From Camelus dromedarius (lineage: Eukaryota): DNA of 64,000 bases. Of this stretch, positions 52,419 to 64,000 are shown in pieces. Position 1 is the stretch's first letter; every line of letters starts with the position of its first letter. The stretch spans positions 27,840,001 through 27,904,000 of the forward strand of contig NC_087436.1 in the NCBI RefSeq assembly GCF_036321535.1. Reading direction: 5' to 3'. A program made the position numbers and the translations under genes. The notes below the pieces were generated by a model. It was not told the origin of the DNA, made no database searches, and worked only from the letters and a program-made list of their open reading frames with translations.

Positions 52419-53403
52419 AGTTTGTGACATTTTAAATTTGAGGTGCTTGGTAGTAGAAATAGCATATGTTAAATATGATAATAACTGCAGATCTGAAATA
52501 ATCTCTACCAAATGAGAACATATTTGGCATGTCTTTCAGTTTCTTTAATCAAGAATCAGTGATCTGTAGTTTTATGAGTGGTAACATGAGGAAGATATAT
52601 ATTTTGTTCCTGTTCAGATATAAAAAAATTTAACCATATTTCTTAAGCGAAAAATGATTATGGATTTATGTTTGTAGTTTGAATTACAGTTGGTTGAAGG
52701 CACAAATATGGTGGTCACCCACATATTTATAGACATTATTTAAAGGCAAGAACTTGTATAACATCATCAAATGAATGAGTATGGATAGAAATGAGAAGAT
52801 GATCAAGAACTGAACGATAAGGCCATTCAACAGTAAAAAAAAGACAGAGAAGAGGGAAAACCAAGAATAGAGACAAAGGGGGGTTAATCAGGAGGTATTC
52901 GGCAAACGGATGGAATGTGGTGATTTGGGATCCAAGAAATAGTTTTCAAGGAGAAAGAATTAAACTTTCTCAAATTCTGTTACAGGTAAGGTAAAATAAA
53001 GACTGAGAAGTTACCATTTTATTTAGCAATTTGTAAGTGGACAAGAACAGTTTTGGGTTGAGCAGTGGGGGAAGCAATCTACTGAAAAGGATTTATGAGA
53101 GAATAAGAAACAACATGTAGAGAGGATTATTTTAGAAATTTTTCTACAAAGAGGATTAGAGAAATTGAGTAGTAGATAAAAAGGGAAAGGGGGATGATCC
53201 TGAGAAGATTGGTTTTTTCTCCCACATAAAAGAAAAAACAGCATGTTTCCATGCTGATGGATAAATCCTGTGAAGAGAAAAATATTGGTGTAGGAGAGAG
53301 AAGGGAGAATCGATTTAGTCATTTTTTGACTATGCACAATGCGATGGGATTGAGTTTAGAGAAAAGCAAAACTGATACATCACGAGCACAGGCATTGATA
53401 GGC

Positions 53404-53530
53404 AAGGCTGCTAATTGCACAACCCCTGGGTGCACCCTTAACAATGTATCCTATAGAGTTTTGCTCTAATGATTAGCATTCAATGAAATAAATGCAAATT
53501 GTGGCCAGTGGAGTTGTTCAATGCAGAGTG
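53404..53530. mobile_element. Possible small hAT-type MITE
   Basis: Imperfect inverted ends TTGCACAACCCCTGG ... CCAGTGGAGTTGTTCAA interrupting the L2. Confidence 0.35.
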
Positions 53531-54210
53531 GAACTGACAGTTGGATGTTGTAACAGTGTCATGATGGGAGTCTGTGGAAGTCCTTTGATGACTTTGCCAG
53601 CTAAGCAAGAGATAAGTTCATTAGCTAGAAGAAGTGAGAGTGGGTTGCCAGTTGGAGGAGTGAGTGGAATATGTGAAAATGTCATTTAGGAGATCTGGAC
53701 AAAAGCAGTATAGGACAGTTAAGCATTATGAAGCGTTTGTGTCTTGCTTGAGACCAGTAAGTGTGAATTTAAAGAGCTATCACCCAGCATTGTGGGGTGT
53801 GTTACTCTAGATTCATTCAGCTGCATGGGTATATAAGTATGCAGTGAGTATGCTTTGGACTTAATGCAGAATGGAGACGTGAAAAGGGCAAGGATTTGAC
53901 AATATACACAGAGGAGTGGTTAAGTATAAGGGTTGATAATGAAATTTAAGCTACTTAAAGAAGGAAGGTAGGGTAGCAATAGTGTGAAGGACAATGAAAA
54001 TACGGTGGAATCTATGAGTTGGAAGACTAGTGAAACTGGAGAATAATTGGACTTGAGATACCAACAACTGATAGATTTATAGAAGAATTGATTTTTAGCT
54101 AAAAAATTATATAGTGCCATTCAGTTTATTTTGAAATGTAAACATAAATCTTAACGTAGGTGAAAAAACCCCACGAAACTCTGACTTTAAAATAATAGGT
54201 AAAAGATACT

Positions 54211-54649
54211 GAAATAATGCCATTTGCAGCAACATGGATGAACTTAAGAGATTATCATACTATGTGAAGTAAGTCAGACAGAGAAAGACAAATATCATAT
54301 GGTATCACTTACATGTGGAATCTAAAAAATGACACAAATGACTTATTTACAAAACAGAAACAGACTCACAGACATAGAATACCAAAGGGGAAAGGTGGAG
54401 GGGAGGGATAAATTAGGAGCTTGTGATTAGCAGATACAAACTACTATATATAAAATAGATAAACAATAAGGTCCTACTGTATAGCACAGGGAACTATGCT
54501 CAATAGCTTGTAATAAACTATAATAAAAATATGAAAAGAATACATGTATGTGTGTATGTATAACTGAATTACCATGCTGTATACTTTTTGGTGCTAGTTT
54601 CTACTAACACAACATTGTAAGTCACTATACTTCAATAAAATTTAAAAAA
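54211..54649 (+). mobile_element. L1 3' end
   Basis: AAATAATGCCATTTGCAGCAACATGGATG...GGAGGGATAAATTAGGAG...ACTATACTTCAATAAAA. Confidence 0.9.
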
Positions 54650-56296
54650 TGGTATCATAACAGCCCTCAATTCACAGTCCATATTAGGGGAACCTAAAAT
54701 GAGTAGTAACATAGTTTATCTGACAGTTCCAATGATCAAGTTCTCAGAATGTTCCTCATCCTTACAATAAATTCTGAATTCCTCAGGTTGCCTTCAACTA
54801 GGCTTTAATACAGTATATTTCAGTGACTTAGACTTATTTAGAGAAACCAACAAAACTAATGCCATTGTAACAAATGAAATGCTAACATAAAAAATTTTAG
54901 ATTAAATTTAAAGAAAATATTAAAACTAAATAGATTTTATCCCATAAATCCAAGGCTATTTGTATGTGACATAATATGGCCCCAAAGTAAATGTTTAAAT
55001 AGATATAAAAGAGATTACACATTTCACTAATATTTGAAAAGATTAAAAATCTTTCTAACAAAGTTAAAAATTTCAAACCAACAGCCATTATCACAATTTA
55101 CAGTAGTTAAAAAAGAAAGTCCAGTTTAAAATACATTTACATTGCCTACAATAATGTAGTTTTATGCTTATTTATAATATAACATATGAAATTAATTCAA
55201 AGGCTTTATAGAGTATGAATGTAGCATGTTTAAAATTTAAAAAAAAATGGTCTTTAAAAGGAATGAATAAATAGACTAAAAAGGAGTGCACCAAACTGTT
55301 CTCTGCTGTTAACATTTTGTAATAGGAAAAGGGGTAATTTTGAAAATAATTTCTATTTCTATCTATCCATTCAGATTATATTTTCATTATATTTATAATA
55401 TTAATAAAAATACTAAAAATGGATGAATGAACTCTATATGTCCTCAAAAATGCTGTCCCTCAAACATTCTGTGATCTTATTTTTTCATGTAAAATAAATT
55501 TCCTCTTTTCTGGGCATTCTCAGCTGAGATAGGTATAATCCTACTCTAGTACACAGTTTATTGTTTCTAGTCATAACAATGGGATTGCACATGTCAAAGG
55601 TTTTCAACTATACAATGAAAAAATTTATCTGTAAAATAAATCTAATAGAAGTAAACCAAAGTTTACTATTAAAGCACAGTGGTAATAATTTTTTAGACCC
55701 AAAACAAATTTAAATTTAATTATGTCATCCATGGAGATTTGGGTTCTTTACATATTACATTACAACTCAGAAGCAACTGAATTATATTTTAAACAATTAG
55801 ATATAATTTATTATATTTTTAGAAGAATTTAGAAGAATATCTTAAAACTGATATTTAGGTTCTTAAGTATAACTTTCCATAAGCAAGACTTTGGAATATA
55901 TATTTCCAAATTATATATATGGAAAATACTTTCACATACACAGAAAATATTTTAAAACTTCTTAGGCTACTAGCACTTGATACTCAAATTTACATCTCAT
56001 TACATTAGGCTGTGTCCATTCACTCATCCTTACATTTTTCCTTTGATTAAAAAAAAGTACAGTGATTTCACCTCATATAAAATATGTCAAATACAATATC
56101 TCTTGAAAACAGTATTAATGCTGTTTTACTTTTTATTTTTTTTTCTTAAAAAGTTAAACTTTAAGAAGGATACAATCAGCCTCACAGGCTCATAGACCAG
56201 TAATGTCCCAGTTGTGTACAGATTCAACTACTGTTTCATCTTTTAAACACTTCAAAAATAATGATGCTTAATGTTGAAATTTCTTTACATGTCCTG

Positions 56297-57644
56297 GAGT
56301 CATGTGCTGGGAAAGGTATAATAACTGGCATTCAGAAGGAAAAAAAGGTGTGATTTATAATGTTTGTCAATTTTCAGAGTGCAAATATTCCCATCAAGTC
56401 CTATTTTAAGATATCAATAGTAGGGACCTAATTAAACTTACAAGCTTTTGCACAGCAAAGAAAACCATAAGCAAGACGCAAAGACAACTCACGGAACGGG
56501 AGAAAATATTTGCAAAAGATGAGACTGACAAGGGCTTAATTTCCAGAATATATTAACAGCTCATGCAACTTAATAACAAACAACCCAATCCAAAAATGGG
56601 CAGAAGACCTAAACAAGCAATTCTCCAATGAAGACATACAAATGGCCAATAGGCACATGAAACAATGCTCAGTGGTGCTAATTATCAGTGAAATGCACAT
56701 CAAAACTACAAATGAGGAATCACCTCATACCAGTCAGAATGGCCATCATTCAAAAGTCCAAAAACAATAATTGCTGGAGACGGTGCAGAGAAAAAGGAAC
56801 CCTCCTACATTGTTGGTGGGAATGTAGTTTGGTGCAGCCATTATGGAAAACAGTATGGAGATTCCTCAAATAACTAAAAATAATCTTATCATCTGATCCA
56901 CCAATCCCACTCCTGGGCATATATCTGGAGGGAACTTTAATTCAAAAAGATACATGCACCCCAATATTCATAGCAGCACTATATACGATAGCCAAGACAT
57001 GGAAACAACCTAAATGTCCATCGACAGATGACTGGATAAAGAAGCTGTGGTATATTCATACAATGGAATACTAATTAGCCATAAAAAATAATAAAATAAT
57101 GCCATTTGTAGCAACATGGATGGACCTAGAGATCATCATTCTAAGTGAAGTATGCCAGAAAGAGAAAGAAAAATACCATATGATATAACTCATATGTTGA
57201 ATCTAAAAAAAAGAAAAAAAGAGGACACTAATGAATTCATCTAAATAAATAGAAAGAGATTTGCAGATGTAGTAAACAATCTTATGGTTCCCAGGGGAAA
57301 GGAGGTGGGAAGGGATAAATTTGGGAGTTTGAGATTTGCACGTTAGCCACTATATATAAAAATAGATTAAAAAACCCCAAAATCAATTTCTTCTGCATAC
57401 CATAGGGAACTATAGTCAATATCTTGAAATAACCTTTAATGAAAAAGAATATGAAAATGAATATATGTATGTATATGCATGACTGGGATATTGTGCTGTA
57501 CATTAGAGGTTGACACATTATAACTGACTGTACTTCAGTTAAAAAAATAAAGATCCCAACAGTATATATCAACTGACAGCTGAACTTAGGCTAGTGAATA
57601 GATGCTGTGCTGCAGCACTTGAAGCCATACCCAGCCCACCACTG
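56297..57644. mobile_element. MER63-like hAT MITE split by L1 (halves ~56297-56422 and ~57565-57644)
   Basis: TIR-like ends GAGTCATGTGCTGG ... CCAGCCCACCACTG. Internal GTGCAAATATTCCCATC...ATTTTAAGATATCAA resembles MER63. Confidence 0.6.
56423..57549 (+). mobile_element. 5'-truncated LINE-1 (ORF2 C-terminus + 3'UTR)
   Basis: Peptide [56 protein letters not shown] (56408-56422) / AAGATCCCAACAGTA (57550-57564). TTTT/AAGA endonuclease-type site. Confidence 0.95.
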
Positions 57645-57826
57645 AATCCAATACTCTGTGTCATGTCTGTTCTACTCACCTGTCCTATCACATAATGCAT
57701 TGCCACCTACAACTTACAGAATCTATGACATTTAGAACTCTTCTAATGTGACAAATCTTGTCATATTCCCATGTCTTTTCCCATGCAATTCTGTATACCC
57801 ACAAATGCTCTTCCCAACACCCATCT

Positions 57827-57870
57827 CACACACACACACCCTCACACACACACACACACACACACACGCA
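57827..57870. repeat. Imperfect (CA)n microsatellite
   Basis: Read directly. A similar shorter tract lies at ~59014-59048. Confidence 0.93.
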
Positions 57871-60668
57871 TGGGTATACAGATCATTCATACATTCATTC
57901 ACTCATCATTAAATAATGAATTCCTTCTAGGAAGCATTTTTGTCTTTTGTTGGATGTAGATATATCTACCAAAATTCCATATTGTGAAAACAAAAAATAC
58001 TATGAAAGTTTCTAAAAGGAGTAGTCTATAAGACAGGAGGATTTAGTTAAATTGAGATGTCAGATAAATCATGAGAGGTGATTTTATTAGTTATCCAACC
58101 ATTATTAGTACTATAAATTATAGACTAAATGCATACTGATTAATAATGAGATCTTGAAACTTTGTTAACTTTATGTTACAATTTGAGGCTCATGAGATTT
58201 TTTTTTCCTGATATTAAAAATACATTGACAATTTTACATCGAAGGCAGTTTAACTAGATAGATTTGGTTTATATATTTAGGTAACAGTTAATAAGTAAAG
58301 CAAATATATTCCTATCTATGACACAATTATAGATCATTATACAAAAAAATTGAAAGATGTGAGCATTTTTTCCTGTCACTGACATTGACTGCCTGATGTT
58401 GGAAACTCATATTATTTTGTTCATCTAAAAAATGGAGATTGAAACATTTGTCTTTTGAAAAACCAACACATAGTAAGATAAAATAATAAATAAAAACACA
58501 AAAATGTATTAGATTTAGGGGCAAGAATGGTACCCAAATAGTATTGATAGCTTCATAGTTCAAATAATGTGATTTAAAATTTTTTCTGATATTTTTCTGA
58601 CAAAACAGGTTAATGCAATGTAAGTAGTGCAATAAAATCTACTCTTGCAATAGATACTACTATTTGCTATGGTCAATAATACTTAGTGAAAGTTCAAGAG
58701 CTCTTTTTATTATTTTTGGGCCACATGCAATATACTTGCTGAATTTCATTCTGACAACATTTGGAGAAATTGAGGGCGTTCCTGAAGTCATTAAATGCCA
58801 GTTGATGCTTTGCACTGCAGTGCTGCAAAATTAAATGTACTATTCCTTTTTTTTCCCCTCGGACATGGGACTAGTAAGAGGTAATTCCATACTTCTCATG
58901 ACAAATTCAAAGTTTGGTATAGCTATAACTTCACATATTAGGTTATGCTACTGGAGACTGCCACTTGATATATTAAACACAAATAAAGGCAAACCTAGTT
59001 TACATGGTGTGTATACACACACACACATACACACACACACACACACATATATACTCTAAACATGCCAGTGCTATATTTTTGCAACAAAAAATGAGAAATA
59101 CAATCAGCAAAAATCTTGATATATTTCTACATGGTAGAGATTTAGAAATGGAATATTTTATGTAGTATTGTATTTCTAAATAGAACTTCAGTATCATGTA
59201 GATCTAATTTAAGGCATTGCTTAAAGGAGTGTTGCCAAATCTCTTGATGTAGATTTTCAGAGATAAACAGAAAATGTTTGATTTTTTTTTTTGTCTACCT
59301 CATTTCTTATAATGACAGCAAATAAGGAAGTTAGAAAATGTGGATCTGTTCGGGCTGTGCAAGTGCTCCCTGTGCAACTGTAATAATAGTAGTTATCATC
59401 ATCCGCATCACAATAATCATCTAATGGCACAACCTAAGTTCTCCAGAAAATACAATTATACATGGAAATATTCCCTGTTATCAAGGAACAATAACAATAA
59501 TAAAAAGTCAGTAACAAATATTCAACATTTCAAGGACAGCAAATTCAATGATTATGAAACATTTTCTAGTGATAAAATTTTAAATGTATATATTAATTGT
59601 AATAAGTTTCATAAAATGTACAAGGAAACAGTCATGTACATATATATCTTTCTGAAAGCAAGTAATACCATATAAAAGTACTAGAAATTGTACATATATA
59701 TTTAGATAAATATTCCTCTAATAGCAATGTATTTCAGTATAATAATTATAGACATATGTAGGCATATAATAGCAATATTTATTCAATGCAGTGGCATTTG
59801 AATAGTAGAAAATAATAAATCACTTAAATGGTGAAAAATGAGATGAATAAATTATTCATTGACTCACTCATCAGATCTACAAATATTCCATTTTTTTCCC
59901 ACACCAAGAGACAATCACTGTGTACTCTCCTGGAAGTATAGAGGTTAAAAAAAGATAGACATCAGTCAGCTCCCATCCTCTTGATATTTTTAAGTTATCT
60001 TGGGATCAATATAATAGGCCGAAAATTACAGTGAAAGAGAATACCTACTCTAAGTAAAATACAAAAATTTATAGACATAAAACAGGGGAACTTAAACTAT
60101 TACTTAGATCAGTAAACATTTTACTGAATTAGTGCAGGTTAGCCCTGGAGATTTTACTCTGATAATGGATGAAGGATGTGGAAGAAACAAGCTGAAAGTA
60201 CTCAAAGGCAGTAGGTAAAACAGCCACATGGAAAGAATTCAAATGGAGCATGGGTCAAAAAGTATTCAGATGTCTGATCATTTATATAACTGCACAATCT
60301 AAATCCTACAAATAAACTTCAATCAAGATTTAGAAGGAGCAACATAGGATGAATTTTTCATATTAAGAACTTTTCTACTCAGTACAGCTTATATTGGTAG
60401 TAACAACTTTTCTGTTGAAAAGTTGGATCTTACATAAAAATTCCTTTTGCAATGGGAAAACTCCTTACCTCCATTTGAACAAGGACATCCTTGTGAGTGA
60501 TGACAGTAGGCTTTCTGAAATAATGCTGCCTGTTTATGCTGAACAACTCAAGCCTGTTATGGTAGAACTGCCTTTAGTCCCAAATATGTCTTCTCTTGTA
60601 GAGCCCTGTAGACATTTAATATAGATAATACACTATTTTCTAAAACCTCATACCATAGTTATCATGAC

Positions 60669-61119
60669 TGTTACAGGTTGAATTGTGACCCCTCTCCCCA
60701 AATGAAAGACATGTTGGAGTTCTAACCCCATGTACCTCAGAATGGGACTTTGGAAATAGGATGATTTTAATGTAATTAGTCGAGTCAAGATGTGCTCATA
60801 TCAGAATAAGGTATGCCCCTAATCCAATATGAGTGGTGTGTTTATTAGAAGATGGCCATTTGTGAAGACACAGATACACACCACACATTTCATGTGCTGA
60901 CAAAGCAGCTGCAAGCCAAAGAATGCTAAGGGCTGATAGCTGCCACCAGATACTAGGAAGATGGAAGGGAGGATCCCCATGGGTTTCAGAGGGAACTTGG
61001 TCCTGCCAACACCTTGATTTCTGTCTTCTAGCCTCCGGAACTCTGAAGTAATAAATTTCTGCTGTTTTAAGCTACTCAATTTGTTGTACTTGTTCTGGCA
61101 GCCCAAGGAAGTTAATATA
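60669..61119 (+). mobile_element. MaLR solo LTR (MLT1B/C-like)
   Basis: Starts TGTTACAGGTTGAATTGTG, ends AATAAATTTCTGCTGTTTTAAGC...GGAAGTTAATATA. 5-bp TSD ATGAC (60664-60668 / 61120-61124). Confidence 0.9.
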
Positions 61120-63084
61120 ATGACCTAAAGAATTTTTAAGCTAAAGTCACAAAGCTAAAGCTGCAACAGTATCTTTATCTGAATGTATAGACATCCCTTT
61201 ATATATGTGTGGTACAATTATTTGCCCATTCAACTTTTCCTTTCCTAAATATTAATGTGTTCTGTAGGAAGCCACTTCATAGTCTGATATTAAGTTACTT
61301 GAGTTTGAGTCAAGATTCTGTTCTATCTCATTGTAAGTGTGACCTTAATTAACCTTCTTAAATGCATTGGATTTCAAGGACAGCCTCCTTGAAAAGGATG
61401 CTATAGAGCTAGTCAAATGATAAGGTAATATTACTTCATAAAGCTATTTATAGAAAAGAACCTTGAATAGTAAAAGCTCCCAACCACTTGGACCTATATA
61501 AACATTGTAATAGAAATGTTATTTATCTCGACTTACAAAAAAAGACACTTTTAAAGATAGAATAGCAAGCTAATTTTTGAATAGTGTTCATAGATAATAT
61601 TATGATAAAATTACAACATAAAAAGAATATAATTAAAGTGTCCTTCAAAAAAATCAAAGGAATTTAAATTTAACAAATTCTAGACATAATTCCTTGAAAT
61701 TAGTAGAGTATTCCTACTCTACAGCTTGCTGATTCAAATGCAAACAAATTTAGAATAAATGGAGCTATATACTTATTTTATATTTATATACATTTTTCAG
61801 TACCAATTTTCTGTACATGAAAATTTGACAAACATAATTAAGAAAGTCCTAATTAAAGCATAATTTATTAAAAAGTCATCTAAGGTACCACTTAGAAGAA
61901 TTGAAGGTGCTTGAGATTAACTTGTTTTGTTTGCCCATAGTCAACACAGTAAAGGTTGCAGAGCTAATAATGGGTTTATATTTAACAAATATAAGTCAAC
62001 TTTCTGTTAGAAGGGCCACCCTAGAAAGCTGTAATTACTACTCATATTTTTTACGTAAAGGGAAAGTTAGCAAATGGCTTAAATAAATGAAGCCCTATAT
62101 ATCAAATGTAATAAATATTTGGGCTGCTGTTTTCCTTAGTGGAATTTAAATCAAAATGAGAATAGCTTAAACAAATGCAAAGAAAATGATTTAATTTGAT
62201 AGGATATTTTATATCTTGCCATTAAATAAAAAAATATTTTCTTGTTTTCATATCATATAGTTTTCAAGAAAAAAATGAATAAAACACTAAAAACATATTA
62301 TTTAACATTAAAATGAACACTCCCAATATGATTCCTGAGATGCAAACATGTATTTGCTTCTTGAAAATATGAAAATAATACTATGTATGTTGATTACTGA
62401 AAATTGACAAGATCTTTAAATATTATTCATAAATTCAGCTCACAGACATAAGCACTCAAAATAATTACAGTATTTCTTATCAAGGATGTTATTAAATATT
62501 TTTACACTGTATATTCATGACTAGTTATTTCTATCATATGGATGACCTAGGATTTATAACTATTTTGGATGCTTTGTTGCCAATGTTTTAGTGCCACAAA
62601 TAATTCTGTTGTGAACATACATGTTTGTAAGTCTTTGATCACCCTGGGATTAATTCCTAGAAGTGGAATTGAAGGTCAAAAAATGAAAAAATATTGTTAA
62701 ATAATCTTGCAGGAAAAAGGCTCATTTACACTCAATAATGTCCTATTAAAGGTAAAATTACCTGCTAGAAAAAGAATCATAGAAAGGATTAAATAATCAT
62801 TCATGTTTATACTACCCTAAAATGTCTGTGGTATGACATATTTCTAAATGTATTTTTCTCTAGCTATCAATGTTATATATGGTTAAAATGTAGTTTACAA
62901 ATGATTGTGAATCTTACCTTTTTTACTTTTTGTTGGTTTGTAAGAAGTTTGCTGTTACCAAAAGATCTTCGCATTTGTTATAATAATAGTGCATACATTA
63001 CATATGCCATATCTCTAAAGAAAGAAACAGGCCATTTGCGATTTTTCATTATTATAAACAACCATGCTCTTTTATATGTATGAA

Positions 63085-63148
63085 TTTTTTCTGTTTTTCT
63101 TAATTGAAGTATAGTTGATTTATAATATGTTAGTTTCAGGTGTACAGC
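63085..63148 (-). mobile_element. Very short L1 3' tail within older L1M debris
   Basis: AATTGAAGTATAGTTGATTTATAATATGTTAGTTTCAGGTGTACAGC. Confidence 0.75.
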
Positions 63149-64000
63149 TGTATGTATACATCTTTTAAAAAACACACTTTCTAATAATAAATTCTGCTGA
63201 ATGGGACACTACCTCATAACATACGAGCAATGTCACTGGATTTTCATGGTGGTGGTGGTAGTGGTGGGATTGCCAAACTGTCATACAAATTTCAATACCA
63301 ATAATACCAAATCCTTGTTCAAATTTTTAAATAATCTTTCACTAGCTTTGGAATTTATGTACATAGGAGTAAATATCCAAGACGTTGCAGATAGACTGGT
63401 TAAAATATTAGTTCCTATATTTTTATAGCTGATTAATATTAGAAAAATTTCTTAATTTTTTGTGTCTTGGACTCCTAATCCATAAAATGTTTAATACTCT
63501 CCACTTTATAGTGATTTTTGTGTGCATTAAATGAATTAATTTATTAAAAGAGAGCAGAACTTCACACTGGTATATTTTACTAATTATACATTGGTGCTAA
63601 TTTATTTTTAATCAATCAACATATATTCAAGATTTGGAATTTGTGATAAATCACTGAAAATCAAAACATTAGTTGGAAAAAAAAGTCCAATGTTTGCCAT
63701 TGTTATCACAGCACTAACAGTTCCCTAATCATCAAATTAGCTACTTATTTTTGCAACTTGTTGTGAATGAGTGTTTATCGTCAAGATACAATAGATAACA
63801 TTCGCTGCATTAGTGTTAATTGCCTTTGTTTTACATTAAAATTATTTAATTTCTTATCATGGAGAAATTAGAAGCATAATGTGATGAAAATAAATTTAAA
63901 ATAAATATTATATATATGCCTATATAATTACATTAAAGCATAAAAGGTGATATTTAATAACAAGATGTAAAATAAAATATTAAATTAAATATATCTTTGG

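Larger units (their letters stand above)
51860..54070 (-). mobile_element. Long degraded LINE-2 interrupted by younger insertions
   Basis: TATTTTGAAGGTAGAGTTAACAGGA, GTCTTGAGCATCTGAAAGAA, GACTGAGAAGTTACCATTTTATTTAGCAA. Purine-rich antisense L2 pattern; ends approximate. Confidence 0.6.

Noticed and set aside
58812..58823. 12-bp palindrome GCACTGCAGTGC
   Set aside because: Palindromes of this length are expected several times by chance in 64 kb.
1..64000. CRISPR arrays, operons, prokaryotic systems, CpG-island promoter, rRNA
   Set aside because: The sequence is repeat-rich mammalian DNA. I saw no regularly spaced repeats, long ORFs or CpG island.

Overview
This is AT-rich, CpG-depleted mammalian DNA, either intronic or gene-desert. 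Two tRNA-derived SINEs resembling the camelid Vic-1 family point to a camelid (alpaca/llama/camel). I can support no intact protein-coding gene. The ORF track is noise apart from decayed LINE-1 ORF2 pieces. Much of the window is layered transposon debris: L1, L2, MIR, ERV1/ERVL/MaLR solo LTRs and hAT MITEs. Family names are recalled from consensus resemblance, not searched. The most notable items are: (1) a 1.9-kb L1 with a perfect 17-bp TSD, a ~27-nt inverted 5' piece (twin-priming-like) and, inside ORF2, a ~98-bp copy of unique DNA that lies ~250 bp downstream of the element; (2) a 166-nt minus-strand exon candidate with strong splice signals and stops in all frames (5'UTR or lncRNA); (3) a multi-layer nested TE cluster at 6.5-8.85 kb with a young CpG-rich ERV1 solo LTR; (4) an LTR region bracketed by an inverted repeat; (5) a possible very old LINE reverse-transcriptase fossil. 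I see no evidence for a new multi-gene system.
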